A stretch of DNA of 64,000 nucleotides from a virus (IMGVR_UViG_3300017987_000047), one strand, 5' to 3'; counted from the stretch's first letter, positions 1 to 9,576 are shown. The notes: generated by a model not told the origin, from the letters alone. Numbers and translations are program-made.

Positions 1-124
1 TCATCCTACTCATTATTCTTCGCCGGTAAAAAAAATTGAAGAGGATAAACCTCAAGATGTTTTCAATTTCAATATTGAAGATACCCATACTTTCGTGACA
101 AGCTTTGGAATTGCTGTTCATAAT
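1..124 (+). mobile_element. Intein, C-terminal part (blocks F/G), truncated by window edge
   Basis: Frame from nt 2 reads ...DVFNFNIEDTHTFVTSFGIAVHN|CLPIDPFYL: block F-like motif, terminal His-Asn, +1 Cys. Confidence 0.88.
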
Positions 125-625
125 TGCCTCCCAATCGACCCCTTTTACTTGACCTGGAAGGCTCGACAATTCGATTTCTCCACTAAGTTTATTGAATTAG
201 CCGGGGAAATAAATACCGCGATGCCTTCACATATTGTGCAAAAAACTATTTTAGCCTTAAATGAAAAAGGAAAAGCCTTAAAAGGTTCCGAGGTCCTCAT
301 CTTAGGGGTTGCCTATAAACCAAATGTTGATGATATTAGGGAATCTCCTGCCCTTCAAATCATTAAACAACTATCAGACCTCGGCGCAAAAATTTCTTAT
401 CATGATCCACACATACCACAGATTGGCAAAGGAAGAAAATACGAATTAAATATTAAATCGAAAATTCTTAATAAAAATCTTATAAACAAATCTGACTGTG
501 TCCTAATTCTCACCGACCATGCTGACGTTGACTACAAATTAGTTCTAACTAATTCTAGTTTGATTGTTGATACTAGGAATGTCTGTGAAAAGTTTGGGAA
601 GTTTCAAAATGTTGTAAAGGCCTAA
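2..625 (+). CDS. UDP-GlcNAc/nucleotide-sugar 6-dehydrogenase (WbpA/WecC-like), 5'-partial, intein-containing
   Basis: CLPIDPFYL catalytic motif, ELAGEIN, LGVAYKPNVDDIRESP, TDH and DTRN motifs. Confidence 0.92.
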   Translation, partial: HPTHYSSPVKKIEEDKPQDVFNFNIEDTHTFVTSFGIAVHNCLPIDPFYLTWKARQFDFSTKFIELAGEINTAMPSHIVQKTILALNEKGKALKGSEVLILGVAYKPNVDDIRESPALQIIKQLSDLGAKISYHDPHIPQIGKGRKYELNIKSKILNKNLINKSDCVLILTDHADVDYKLVLTNSSLIVDTRNVCEKFGKFQNVVKA

Positions 626-757
626 TTTCCAAAAAATAATTAGAAAAAGTCAGGTTTTTTCCTAAATACTCCGTTCTATATAATAGAAGCTCGGTCCCTC
701 AGAGGTTACAAAATATGTATAATCCGCTACTATCCTTTTTAAAAGGTAACGCCGAGT

Positions 758-1882
758 GTGGATGTGAATATTATGCGAAAAGAAAACAAAATCTTAATTA
801 TATCCGAAGATGATAATGTCTTTAGTTTTCTTAAGGCACAACTGGATTCTTCTACCTACGATATTCTCTTCCAAAAATTTCACCCTGAAAAGATTCAAGA
901 AATTCTCAACCGCAATTTTATCTCTCTTCTCCTTTATGAATCAAACGGGGAAGATTTAACCGAGATACAGCTCTTACATAAACTTTTAAGCAAAAAATCT
1001 ATTCCAATTTGGGTTTGTCCTACGCTAACAAAAATTAGCGACCAGTTTCTCGAGAATTTGTATGAATTAGGCATTTCGGATCTTTATATTAAGTTTTCAA
1101 CCTTAGAGGTCCTTAAAAGAAAAATTGAAAAACATTTCAAAAACTCAACCCGGCTTCAAGGTTTAAATCTTGCGAATAAACATATTCTTTCTTTACTCTC
1201 AAGGCCTCCAGACGTCCCAAGTTTGGATATTGGGATTAAGTACCAACCAAAAGATGTAATCGGCGGCGACTTTTATGATTTCTTTGTTACCGATAAACAG
1301 TCCCTAATAATTGTTCTTGGGGATGTGACCGGTCACGGCATTCAAGCTGCTGTTATCCAAACAATGGCCCGGAAAGTGATCCAGATGGCCTTAAAATCAG
1401 CCCCAACGGTTATGGAGGGATTAAAACAGGCGCATAAAGAACTATATCAAGATTTGCCGTCAGGTAATTTTGTAGCCCTCCTGGTAGCAGAATGGATTCC
1501 CAGCACCGGGTCCTTACAATTTTACCGTCTGGGAACCCCTCACCCAATTCTCAAATCAAAGAATGAAGTATTTACACTTCTTTCGAACGGGAGTGTTTTA
1601 GGCCTTTTACCTGAGGACCAATTTAATAAAACTGATCTCCTTCCCCTTGTAATAGAATTAGATGTTGGGGATATGCTTCTTTTGCATACTGATGGCCTTA
1701 TTGAGTCCGTAGCCAAAGACGGGAGTCTTTTCGGAATGGAAGGGCTAACCGAAGTTATGCAGAAAACGGATATAAAAGAATTAGCCAAAGATATCGTTGA
1801 AGAAATTTATAACCTGACAGAGTCCTCTGTGGGTAAAATTTCGGATGACCTTACCTGTATTGTTCTAAAAAGAGTCTTATAG
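758..1882 (+). CDS. SpoIIE/RsbU-type PP2C phosphatase with degenerate N-terminal receiver-like domain
   Basis: IGGDFYD, GDVTGHG, HTDGLIE, DDLT motifs. Confidence 0.88.
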   Translation: MDVNIMRKENKILIISEDDNVFSFLKAQLDSSTYDILFQKFHPEKIQEILNRNFISLLLYESNGEDLTEIQLLHKLLSKKSIPIWVCPTLTKISDQFLENLYELGISDLYIKFSTLEVLKRKIEKHFKNSTRLQGLNLANKHILSLLSRPPDVPSLDIGIKYQPKDVIGGDFYDFFVTDKQSLIIVLGDVTGHGIQAAVIQTMARKVIQMALKSAPTVMEGLKQAHKELYQDLPSGNFVALLVAEWIPSTGSLQFYRLGTPHPILKSKNEVFTLLSNGSVLGLLPEDQFNKTDLLPLVIELDVGDMLLLHTDGLIESVAKDGSLFGMEGLTEVMQKTDIKELAKDIVEEIYNLTESSVGKISDDLTCIVLKRVL

Positions 1883-2115
1883 TGTTACAAAAAATCCCAT
1901 TGCTCCGCATTCCAAGACTGGGAACACCATTAAAAATTGCAGTATTCTACCGTAATTTTAAGGGGGAGCTAATCATTTCAATTGGGTATATTAGAAATGC
2001 GTCGCTAGTAGATAAAGTCCTGTATAATGGGAAAAAATGCGGTTATAAAATTTTTAAGATAGTTGTTCTTAAAGACCCACGGAACCCAGAAAATAAGGGA
2101 AAAGACCTTATTTAG
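1882..2115 (+). CDS. Hypothetical protein
   Basis: ORF coupled to stop of upstream gene. Confidence 0.4.
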   Translation: MLQKIPLLRIPRLGTPLKIAVFYRNFKGELIISIGYIRNASLVDKVLYNGKKCGYKIFKIVVLKDPRNPENKGKDLI

Positions 2116-2372
2116 ACCAGGCGACTTAGTCTTCTAATTTCTTCCCCAACCTTAAAAACCGCTCGTTTTTCAAAGTTTCCTTTTACGGTGATATCGTCCC
2201 AAGCTTCGGGGATTTTTAAACTGCGGGGGTTTCCTCTTGCCTTTTCCCGGTTGGAAATCGAGATCACCATTTCTTTTGCATCGATAGTATAGGCATGGTT
2301 TTCTCTTCGTTCTTGGGTGGTTTTGGGGCGGCGATACCACCGAAAACTTTTTCTCCGAATTGTACGTGCCAT
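2112..2372 (-). CDS. Small basic phage protein (RRPKTTQERR...IPEAWDD)
   Basis: AGGAG RBS; basic composition; motif recalled from small phage proteins. Confidence 0.7.
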   Translation of the reverse strand: MARTIRRKSFRWYRRPKTTQERRENHAYTIDAKEMVISISNREKARGNPRSLKIPEAWDDITVKGNFEKRAVFKVGEEIRRLSRLV

Positions 2373-2420
2373 AACTTAAGTCTCCTTTTTGTTAAAGTAC
2401 CTAAGTCATAATTTCCTCCT
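2370..2420 (-). promoter_or_regulatory. Leader mini-ORF ATG-ACT-TAG within a hairpin occluding the downstream start codon
   Basis: AGGAGG-N5-ATGACTTAG; TATGACTTAGGT pairs with ACTTAAGTTATG (12 bp including G-U). Confidence 0.65.
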
Positions 2421-2442
2421 TTTAAAATTGATTAATTTAGTT

Positions 2443-3570
2443 TTATACGATATCTTTTCGTTTTAATTCTTTTAGCACCTTTTCACAAGTATTAAATGAA
2501 TCAAAATACATATTAATTACTGGAATATTATACTCCTGCGCAATTCGTAATGCTTGCCCGGTCCCTCCCGAATCCTTACCATCTTTAGTCCAACAAATAA
2601 TTGCTTTGGAGGGGTTATCTAATTTTTTACCTAAAACTTGAGTTGCATTTCTCCGCATAAAGCTCCATCCCGCGGTTCCAAGATTCTGTGGTGCCGGGTG
2701 ATATTTTTCAACGTAAGAATCAAGTTCTGGAGACTGTTTAATAATAACTGGATGCCCAACTATTGGCCTTTTCTTGTTAAATCCGGGCCAAGGCAAATAC
2801 ACAACACAATGTTTTTTTGCCCCTTTTTCAAAAGCATAATCGGCGCCGTCTGCGTGCCCAGACCGGATAAAGCCACCCCGGTTTGCGATTTCGAAACCAA
2901 TTTTTTGCATTTCAGATAGGATCTGACAAGGAGTTTCTCGAGATCCGATCCCTGTTAAAATTAATTCCTTATTAATTTTTTGTTCCATATTATATCCAAA
3001 TAAGCTAGCATCCTTTTGGAATGCAATCCCAATCTTTTTAGCCAGTTTCTTTGTATAAAACTGAGTATATCCCTTTTCTTTTCCCCGATATCCAAATTTT
3101 TCTTTTGCTAACCTTACTTCCCCCAGACCGACATGCTCACAAATATAATTAAAGTCGTGCTGGAGATGTTCGTAACTCCCAACAAAATCAACCCTTATTC
3201 TGTCATTAATGGTGGCATATCTAAATTGAAGATCATTAAGGTAGCCTCCATCTTTTAGATACTTTTTTACCCATTTTTTAAATCCTTTAATCGAACAATC
3301 TACTCCACGTTGATCCCAATAATACCGAGAAATAACAAGATCCCAAGGATTGCGGGTGAAAGCAAACTTAAAATAAGAGCTCCAGATATTCTTTCCAACA
3401 TATTTTCTTACTTCTTCAATCTTAGAGTGTTCATTAATCTCTGTAATTTTCCCGCCTGTTAAAATAAGATCATCTGGTCCACAGTGTTCTTCTAATGCTG
3501 TTTGAATGCTGGTACCAGCAGTTTTGCGGGATTTTAAAAATATATAACGGTGCCTATGGGATATAATCAT
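2443..3570 (-). CDS. Sulfotransfer_2 family protein fused to a DprA/SLOG-like domain
   Basis: RKTAGTSI and RNPWDLVIS; C-terminal GIGSRETP, SGHADGAD, SGGTGQA motifs. Confidence 0.8.
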   Translation of the reverse strand: MIISHRHRYIFLKSRKTAGTSIQTALEEHCGPDDLILTGGKITEINEHSKIEEVRKYVGKNIWSSYFKFAFTRNPWDLVISRYYWDQRGVDCSIKGFKKWVKKYLKDGGYLNDLQFRYATINDRIRVDFVGSYEHLQHDFNYICEHVGLGEVRLAKEKFGYRGKEKGYTQFYTKKLAKKIGIAFQKDASLFGYNMEQKINKELILTGIGSRETPCQILSEMQKIGFEIANRGGFIRSGHADGADYAFEKGAKKHCVVYLPWPGFNKKRPIVGHPVIIKQSPELDSYVEKYHPAPQNLGTAGWSFMRRNATQVLGKKLDNPSKAIICWTKDGKDSGGTGQALRIAQEYNIPVINMYFDSFNTCEKVLKELKRKDIV

Positions 3571-3586
3571 TGTATAATTTTATACT

Positions 3587-4778
3587 ATGGGTAGAAAGAA
3601 AAAACCTGAATCAACAAGCACTAAATTATACAAATTTAGAATCTATCCAACAAAAAATCAAATCAAGAAATTTAATCAGTTTTTTGGTACTCATAGATTC
3701 ATCTATAATTATTTTTTAGCTCTCAAAAAAGATCATTATAAAGCAGGATTAAAATTCAGCTCCTATAAAGAAGATCAAGCGGACTTAACTCAATTAAGAA
3801 AATCTTTAGATTGGATGAAAGAGATTCATTCTCAAGCTTGTCAAGCAGCCCTAAAAGACTTACACGATGCTTACAAAAACTTCTTTAATCCAAAATTAAA
3901 AGCAGGACCCTCGATTCAAAAAGAAAAATATTTCTGAGAAGTCTTTTAGAATCCCACAAGGGATTACAGTAACTAAGAATATCTTAAAAATGCCTGCTTT
4001 CATAGAAGGAATCCGAATCAAAAGACATAGAAAAGTTAATGGAAAGATTGCTTATTGTACTATTAAATTAAAACCCTCAGGAAAATATTTTGCTTCGATT
4101 TGTTTCCATGATGAATCAAAACCAAAAATCAAAAAGACTAAAAATGAAGTAGGATTAGATTTTGGAATCAAAAATGCTTTGATTGAGGATAACGGAACAA
4201 AACATGATAAACATGAGAATTTAGATAAATATCACAAGAAACTTAGAAAAAACCAAAAGAAATTGTCAAAGAAAAAGAAAGGATCGAATAATTATCAAAA
4301 ACAAAAACTAAAAGTCGCTAGATGTCATGAAAAGATAACTAATGCTAGAAAAGATAAATTAGACAAAATCTCAAAAAAGATAATTGACGAAAACCAAGCA
4401 ATTTATCTTGAAGATTTAACCGCCCAATTTATGATTAAGAATAAAAACCTAGCATTCTCTGCATCTAATACTGCAATTAATATGTTAAAGTCAATGCTAG
4501 TTTATAAATCGAAATGGCATGGACGAGAACTCGTTCTCGTCCCCCCAAGAAACACATCAAAAACATGTCATATTTGTGATTGGGTTTATAAAGATCTTGA
4601 GCTTTCTGAAAGAGACTGGACTTGTTCAGTTTGTGGAACTTTTCATGATAGGGATATCAACGCAGCTTTAGTTATTAAGAAAAAAGGAAAATTACGTAGG
4701 GCAGGGACTGTCCAAAATCATGCTTTTCTATTACCAGAGGACCCACCTAAAGTGGTAAATCCAACGGTTATTAATTAG
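3587..4778 (+). pseudogene. tnpB: IS200/IS605 TnpB RNA-guided nuclease, frameshifted near nt 3908
   Basis: YKFRIYPT HTH; alternate frame restores PRFKKK; RuvC residues in GLDFG, YLEDL, DRDINAA; CxxC...CxxC. Confidence 0.9.
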
Positions 4779-4834
4779 GAAAGAAACTCCTACTTTTACG
4801 TGGGGGTAGTTCACAAATATAAATTTATGCTGGG
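4690..4834 (+). ncRNA. Putative TnpB omega-RNA: IS right end (...GGGGGTAGTTCAC, 4814) plus flanking guide; 5' boundary approximate
   Basis: Subterminal hairpin CTCCTAC-TTTTAC-GTGGGGG and TCAC end typical of IS605 right ends. Confidence 0.55.
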
Positions 4835-4844
4835 ATATTATCAT
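4815..4844 (-). pseudogene. Stranded 5' remnant (MIISQHKFIF) of a sulfotransferase gene interrupted by the IS end
   Basis: Homologous to MIISHRHRYIF at 3570. Confidence 0.65.
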
Positions 4845-5618
4845 CTAAAGATGCAAAAACTCTTGCCATGATTTAAGTGGTCTGTTAAGTAACTTCTTAA
4901 GTTTTGCAACATCGTCTTCATAGATCTCAAGCAACTCAAATTTATCTTGTTTTGTTATTAAAGAATCAAATTCCGTTGTTCTTTTCCCATGGATAATATG
5001 GCCTGCTCGGTTAAACTTATGTTTCGAAACTTCTAGATAAGATGTTAGTTTATTTAATCCTTGGTCTGGGTTTGTTTTAATGTCGTCCTCGTAAACTAAA
5101 ACTAACATATTTGGAAAATATTCTAACCAAGCTTCCAAATGTTCGGAATAAAAACCCATATGGATTATCCCCATTTTCTTTTTCAAGATTTCTCTTGAAT
5201 AAATTTTAGGGAAAGGGTCTGTAAGTCTTCCTTTAACACAATGATGTATATATGCAGAGATAGCCCGGTGAACCGGATTACGTAATGAAACTATAATTTT
5301 TGTCTCAGGCCCGAGAACATCATAAACCATTTTAGGGATATCGCGTCTAAAAATCGATTTGTAGCGTAACCAGTTGTTGGGTTGTTGTGAAGCCCAAAAA
5401 TAAGTTGACGTTGCTTCCCCGTATCTTTTATATTTCCTATCTATATCAAAATAGGATTCATACTTGTTAAGATTATGAACCCCATTTGAATTTTTAGTGA
5501 AGAAATCTAATTCTTTAATTTTCTCGGGCATAAAAATCTCAGGGTGTTCTTTGAGGTTATAATATAACCAGGTTGTCCCCGATTTTTGTGCGCCGATTAC
5601 TAGAAAGTTTGGTAACAT
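4845..5618 (-). CDS. Sulfotransferase (Sulfotransfer_1/3)
   Basis: IGAQKSGTTWL PAPS loop; LRNPVHRAIS. Confidence 0.9.
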   Translation of the reverse strand: MLPNFLVIGAQKSGTTWLYYNLKEHPEIFMPEKIKELDFFTKNSNGVHNLNKYESYFDIDRKYKRYGEATSTYFWASQQPNNWLRYKSIFRRDIPKMVYDVLGPETKIIVSLRNPVHRAISAYIHHCVKGRLTDPFPKIYSREILKKKMGIIHMGFYSEHLEAWLEYFPNMLVLVYEDDIKTNPDQGLNKLTSYLEVSKHKFNRAGHIIHGKRTTEFDSLITKQDKFELLEIYEDDVAKLKKLLNRPLKSWQEFLHL

Positions 5619-6916
5619 TAGTACGATAAATATTTTTCATGTTCCCAAGGATAAACATGAACATTATATTTATCCCATTCGTTGGTTTTGGAGGCAATAA
5701 GTTTTTGCGAGATATGTTCCCCGATTGCTTCCTGTATAACCTCATCTTGCTTAAAAGCCTTGATTGCTTCCCCTAAATTAGCAGGGAGTACTGGAATTTT
5801 ATCTTTTTCTTCCCCTACCATTTCAAAGAGATTTACTTTAATAGGATCTCCCGGCTCAATTTCGTTTTTGATACCATCAAGCCCTGCTGCAAGCATCGCT
5901 GCAAATGCTAGGTAAGGGTTACATGCTGGGTCTGGGGAGCGTAGTTCCATTCTTGTCCCAATCTCACGCCGAGCTGGAATCCTAATCATTGGACTTCGGT
6001 TTGTATGAGACCAGCAAATATTTACAGGTGCTTCGTACCCTGGAACAAGTCTCTTATAACTATTAACGGTTGGGTTTGTAATAAAAGTCAAAGCCTTTGC
6101 GTGCTTTATGGTCCCGCCTATGTACCAGCGCGCAATATTGCTTAACCCATCTTCCGAGGAAGAATCATAAAAAACATTTTTGCCTTTATCGTTGAATAGC
6201 GATTGGTGGCAATGCATCCCGCTACCATTTTGCTTATAAAGAGGTTTGGGCATAAACGTGGCAAGGTAGCCTTCTGCCCGAGCAAGTTTTTTAATTACGA
6301 ACTTAAAGGTTGTAACATTATCAGCTACCTTAACGGGGTCTCCATACTTAAAATCAATTTCTTGTTGCCCCGGTGCAACCTCGTGATGCATTGCTTCTAT
6401 TTCAAATCCCATTTCTTCTAATTGGTCTACAATTCCCCGACGAAGGAGCTCTGCACTATCAAAAGGAACTGCATCAAAATACCCGCCTTGGTCCATTGGG
6501 AATATTTCACCATCTTTTTTAGAAAGAAGGAAAAACTCTGCTTCGGGACCAACTTGCATCTTAAACCCGAGATTTGCTGCTATTTCGTTCTGTTTCTTTA
6601 GAATATTCCGGGGGCAACCTAAGAAAGGCCGTTGGTCTTCTTTTCCAGGTGAAAAAACATCGCAAATAAGACGTGCTACCCTGTGTTCTGTTTTCGCAAA
6701 AGTCTCGATATCGGGCTTAAGAAACATATCGGATTCTTCTATTCGGACAAAACCTTCAATAGAAGAACCATCAAACATAATTTCCCCATTGACTGCTTTT
6801 TGGAATTGTGATCTTGGGACCTCTACGTTTTTTATACGGCCCAGGATATCAACAAATTGCAGTCTCAAAAAATCAAAGTCTTCTAATTTACTTAATACAG
6901 CTTCCTTCGTAAACAT
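5618..6916 (-). CDS. glnA: Glutamine synthetase type I
   Basis: FDGSSIEG, HHEVAPGQQEIDF, ATFMPKP, NGSGMHCHQS, NSYKRLVPGYEAP. Confidence 0.97.
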   Translation of the reverse strand: MFTKEAVLSKLEDFDFLRLQFVDILGRIKNVEVPRSQFQKAVNGEIMFDGSSIEGFVRIEESDMFLKPDIETFAKTEHRVARLICDVFSPGKEDQRPFLGCPRNILKKQNEIAANLGFKMQVGPEAEFFLLSKKDGEIFPMDQGGYFDAVPFDSAELLRRGIVDQLEEMGFEIEAMHHEVAPGQQEIDFKYGDPVKVADNVTTFKFVIKKLARAEGYLATFMPKPLYKQNGSGMHCHQSLFNDKGKNVFYDSSSEDGLSNIARWYIGGTIKHAKALTFITNPTVNSYKRLVPGYEAPVNICWSHTNRSPMIRIPARREIGTRMELRSPDPACNPYLAFAAMLAAGLDGIKNEIEPGDPIKVNLFEMVGEEKDKIPVLPANLGEAIKAFKQDEVIQEAIGEHISQKLIASKTNEWDKYNVHVYPWEHEKYLSY

Positions 6917-6963
6917 TACGGTTACCTTCTTTTCAAAGTTTCCAGGACTTTATAGAAAAATTT

Positions 6964-7113
6964 TTATTTTTCCGGTTTAAATTTATCTGCGATCTCCGGT
7001 GGGAAGTTTTCTTTAATCTCTTCGTACGTAATTTTGCGGGATTTCGGCTCTTCCTCCCATTCAAAATCATCCATATCATCTAAAGGATGTTGATCTTTTC
7101 TACTTTTTGCCAT
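6964..7113 (-). CDS. Hypothetical small protein
   Basis: ORF in co-oriented run. Confidence 0.5.
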   Translation of the reverse strand: MAKSRKDQHPLDDMDDFEWEEEPKSRKITYEEIKENFPPEIADKFKPEK

Positions 7114-7117
7114 GGTC

Positions 7118-7315
7118 TTATTTCTTTCTTTGTGGGTTTGAAGTTTCCCAATCATACCACTTATTCACATCTTCTTTCCACGTATTTTTACAATCTTTGC
7201 AAAAGATGATAGCGTTCGTTTTTCCTTTTCCAATGGTACCATCAATACCCTTGTTTTCAATAGCATGTCTCGGCTTACAAAAAAGCTGCCCTTTTAACCA
7301 TCTAAAAAGATTCAT
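7118..7315 (-). CDS. Hypothetical small CxxC protein
   Basis: Abuts epimerase stop; CKDC. Confidence 0.55.
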   Translation of the reverse strand: MNLFRWLKGQLFCKPRHAIENKGIDGTIGKGKTNAIIFCKDCKNTWKEDVNKWYDWETSNPQRKK

Positions 7316-8305
7316 TTAACTTCTCCAATTTTTAACGTCTTCTGCTATTTCAGGATGTTCTCGGTACCAAGCAACGAACTTTGGAACGCCTTCAGAAATA
7401 TTTATTTTATTTTGGAAGCCTAAGTCTTGTTTTGCCCTAGACACATCAACATGATTTTCAACAACATCCCCAAGTTGCATTGGTAAAAGGTTTTTCACAG
7501 CTACCTTTTTTGTTGCTTTTTCAATTGTTGCAACAAGGTCTAGTAAACCTTCACTTTTATCATTCCCTAGGTTATAAATCTCATATTTTGGCAATGCTGG
7601 AGTTTCGCAGGCAGCAGTAATCCCTTCCACGATGTCATCAATATAAGAGAAATCCCTTTTCATTTTTCCGTACCCAAAAATAGGCAGTGGTTCATTATTT
7701 AGAATCTTTTCAGTAAAGATCCATAATGCCATATCTGGTCTTCCCCAAGTGCCGTAGACTGTGAAGAATCTTAATCCAATTGTTTGAATACCGAAAAGTT
7801 CGGAATAGCAGTGTGCCATTAATTCATTAGATGCCTTTGTAGCAGCATATAAACTAATTGGGGTATCGATCCTCTGAGTCTCTACCAAGGGTTGAATTTC
7901 TTGTTTCCCGTAAACGGAAGAACTTGAGGCGTAAACAAGCCTTGCCGGATTTTTGCTTTCTTTAATGGCTTCTAAAAGATTTAGAAACCCATTGATATTA
8001 CACTTAATAAAACGATGGGGGTGTTCTATAGAATCCCGAACACCCGCAACGGCAGCTAAGTTACAAACGACGTCAGGTTGGAAATCTTTTACTACCCCTT
8101 GTAATTTTGGGTCGTTGAGATCCATGGTGATATGTTTAAAAGCAGAGAAATCTTTTTCTAGCTTCTCTTTTCTTTTATATTTGATTAGGGTTGGATATGC
8201 CGGGACAAAATTATCGATCCCTACAACTTCTATACCTCTTTGGAGGTATGACCTCGTAAGGTGGTACCCAATAAACCCAGCGGAGCCTGTTATAAGAATT
8301 TTCAT
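7316..8305 (-). CDS. NAD-dependent epimerase (UDP-glucuronate 4-epimerase-like)
   Basis: TGSAGFIG, ASSSSVYG, YAATK, RFFTVYG.WGRPDMA. Confidence 0.93.
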   Translation of the reverse strand: MKILITGSAGFIGYHLTRSYLQRGIEVVGIDNFVPAYPTLIKYKRKEKLEKDFSAFKHITMDLNDPKLQGVVKDFQPDVVCNLAAVAGVRDSIEHPHRFIKCNINGFLNLLEAIKESKNPARLVYASSSSVYGKQEIQPLVETQRIDTPISLYAATKASNELMAHCYSELFGIQTIGLRFFTVYGTWGRPDMALWIFTEKILNNEPLPIFGYGKMKRDFSYIDDIVEGITAACETPALPKYEIYNLGNDKSEGLLDLVATIEKATKKVAVKNLLPMQLGDVVENHVDVSRAKQDLGFQNKINISEGVPKFVAWYREHPEIAEDVKNWRS

Positions 8306-9576
8306 CGTTTTATAGTTTGGCTTCGTTTTGGTCCAACTGAAACGGTAGTAATTGGGATGTTCACAATCTTTTCAACTTCCTCAACGAAAAACTTTGCTTG
8401 TTCTGGAAGTTCCCCATAAGTTTTACACTCTGTAATATCCTCATCCCAACCAGCAAATTCAACATAGGTAGGGCTACAATCAAGTAACTCATGTGTCATC
8501 GGATATGCTTCATTTGTGTTTAGTCCTTGGTACCCGATACCTACCTTAATCTTTTTCAGCCCCGAGAGAACATCTAATTTCATCAAAGCAAATTCGGTAA
8601 TCCCGGAAACTCTGATCGAATATAAAATCTGGGTGAGATCTAACCATCCACATCTCCTGGGCCTTCCCGTCGTTGCCCCGTACTCCTTCCCCTTTTCCCT
8701 TACATAATTGTCAAAATCGTCGTCGAACTCGGTGGGAAAAGGTCCTGTTCCAATCCTAGTGCAATAAGATTTCATAATCCCAATAATTCGAATTTTTTCT
8801 CCTTCGTTGGGGTAGAAACCACTCCCGGTAAACATATTAGGTGCTACAACATTGCTTGATGTCACATACGGGTATGTTCCATGGTCAAGATCAAGCATTG
8901 TGCCTTGAGCCCCTTCCATTAAAATATGTTTGCCTTCTTTATAGGCTTGTTGTAACATTATTCCAACATCCTTTATATAAGGAGCTAGTTGTTTTCCAAA
9001 GTCATAGTAGTCCTCAAAAACTTCCCAACCATCAAAAGGATTGTCTACCCCGAGAGCTTTAATTTGAGCTTCAAAGTCATTTAAAAGAAGCTTGAACCTT
9101 TTCCTAAAGTAATTCCAATCCTGGAGTTCTCCAACACAAATGCCAACCCGGGATGCCTTCGCTTTATATCCAGGCCCCATCCCGCGCTTTGTAGATCCGA
9201 TCTTTTCCTTTGAATTATCTTCTTCCAAAAGACCATCTAGATATTTATAGAAAGGAAATACAACATGGGCGCGTGGAGAAATAAAAAGGCGATTCTCAAA
9301 ATTAATGCCTTCATTCCCCAGGGCCTCAAGCTCTTTTAGAAATGCTCCGGGGTCAATTAAAACCCCATTGCCTAAGGCACATTTAACCCCAGGACGAATA
9401 ATTCCCGAGGGAACTAAATGGAATACGTATTTCTTATCCCCCACCTCGACAGTATGCCCAGCATTCGCCCCACCTTGAAAACGCACAACATAATCTGCAT
9501 TTTCTGTTTCATAATCGACGATTTTCGCTTTTCCTTCGTCTCCCCACTGTAAACCTAAAATTGCTGTGATCGGCAT
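8302..9576 (-). CDS. purA: Adenylosuccinate synthetase
   Basis: QWGDEGK, GGANAGHT, EGAQG, GTYPYVTSS, GATTGRPRRCGW; start at MPITAILG after GGAG RBS. Confidence 0.97.
   Translation of the reverse strand: MPITAILGLQWGDEGKAKIVDYETENADYVVRFQGGANAGHTVEVGDKKYVFHLVPSGIIRPGVKCALGNGVLIDPGAFLKELEALGNEGINFENRLFISPRAHVVFPFYKYLDGLLEEDNSKEKIGSTKRGMGPGYKAKASRVGICVGELQDWNYFRKRFKLLLNDFEAQIKALGVDNPFDGWEVFEDYYDFGKQLAPYIKDVGIMLQQAYKEGKHILMEGAQGTMLDLDHGTYPYVTSSNVVAPNMFTGSGFYPNEGEKIRIIGIMKSYCTRIGTGPFPTEFDDDFDNYVREKGKEYGATTGRPRRCGWLDLTQILYSIRVSGITEFALMKLDVLSGLKKIKVGIGYQGLNTNEAYPMTHELLDCSPTYVEFAGWDEDITECKTYGELPEQAKFFVEEVEKIVNIPITTVSVGPKRSQTIKR

Noticed and set aside
3900-3940. Programmed frameshift in tnpB
   Set aside because: The break falls before the A-rich run, at the conserved G-(F)-PRFK, and fits a small indel or sequencing error better.
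8302-9576. PurZ (2-aminoadenine DNA) instead of PurA
   Set aside because: Retains the catalytic Asp in GDEGK and the canonical GATTGRPRR loop; PurZ has Ser at that position.
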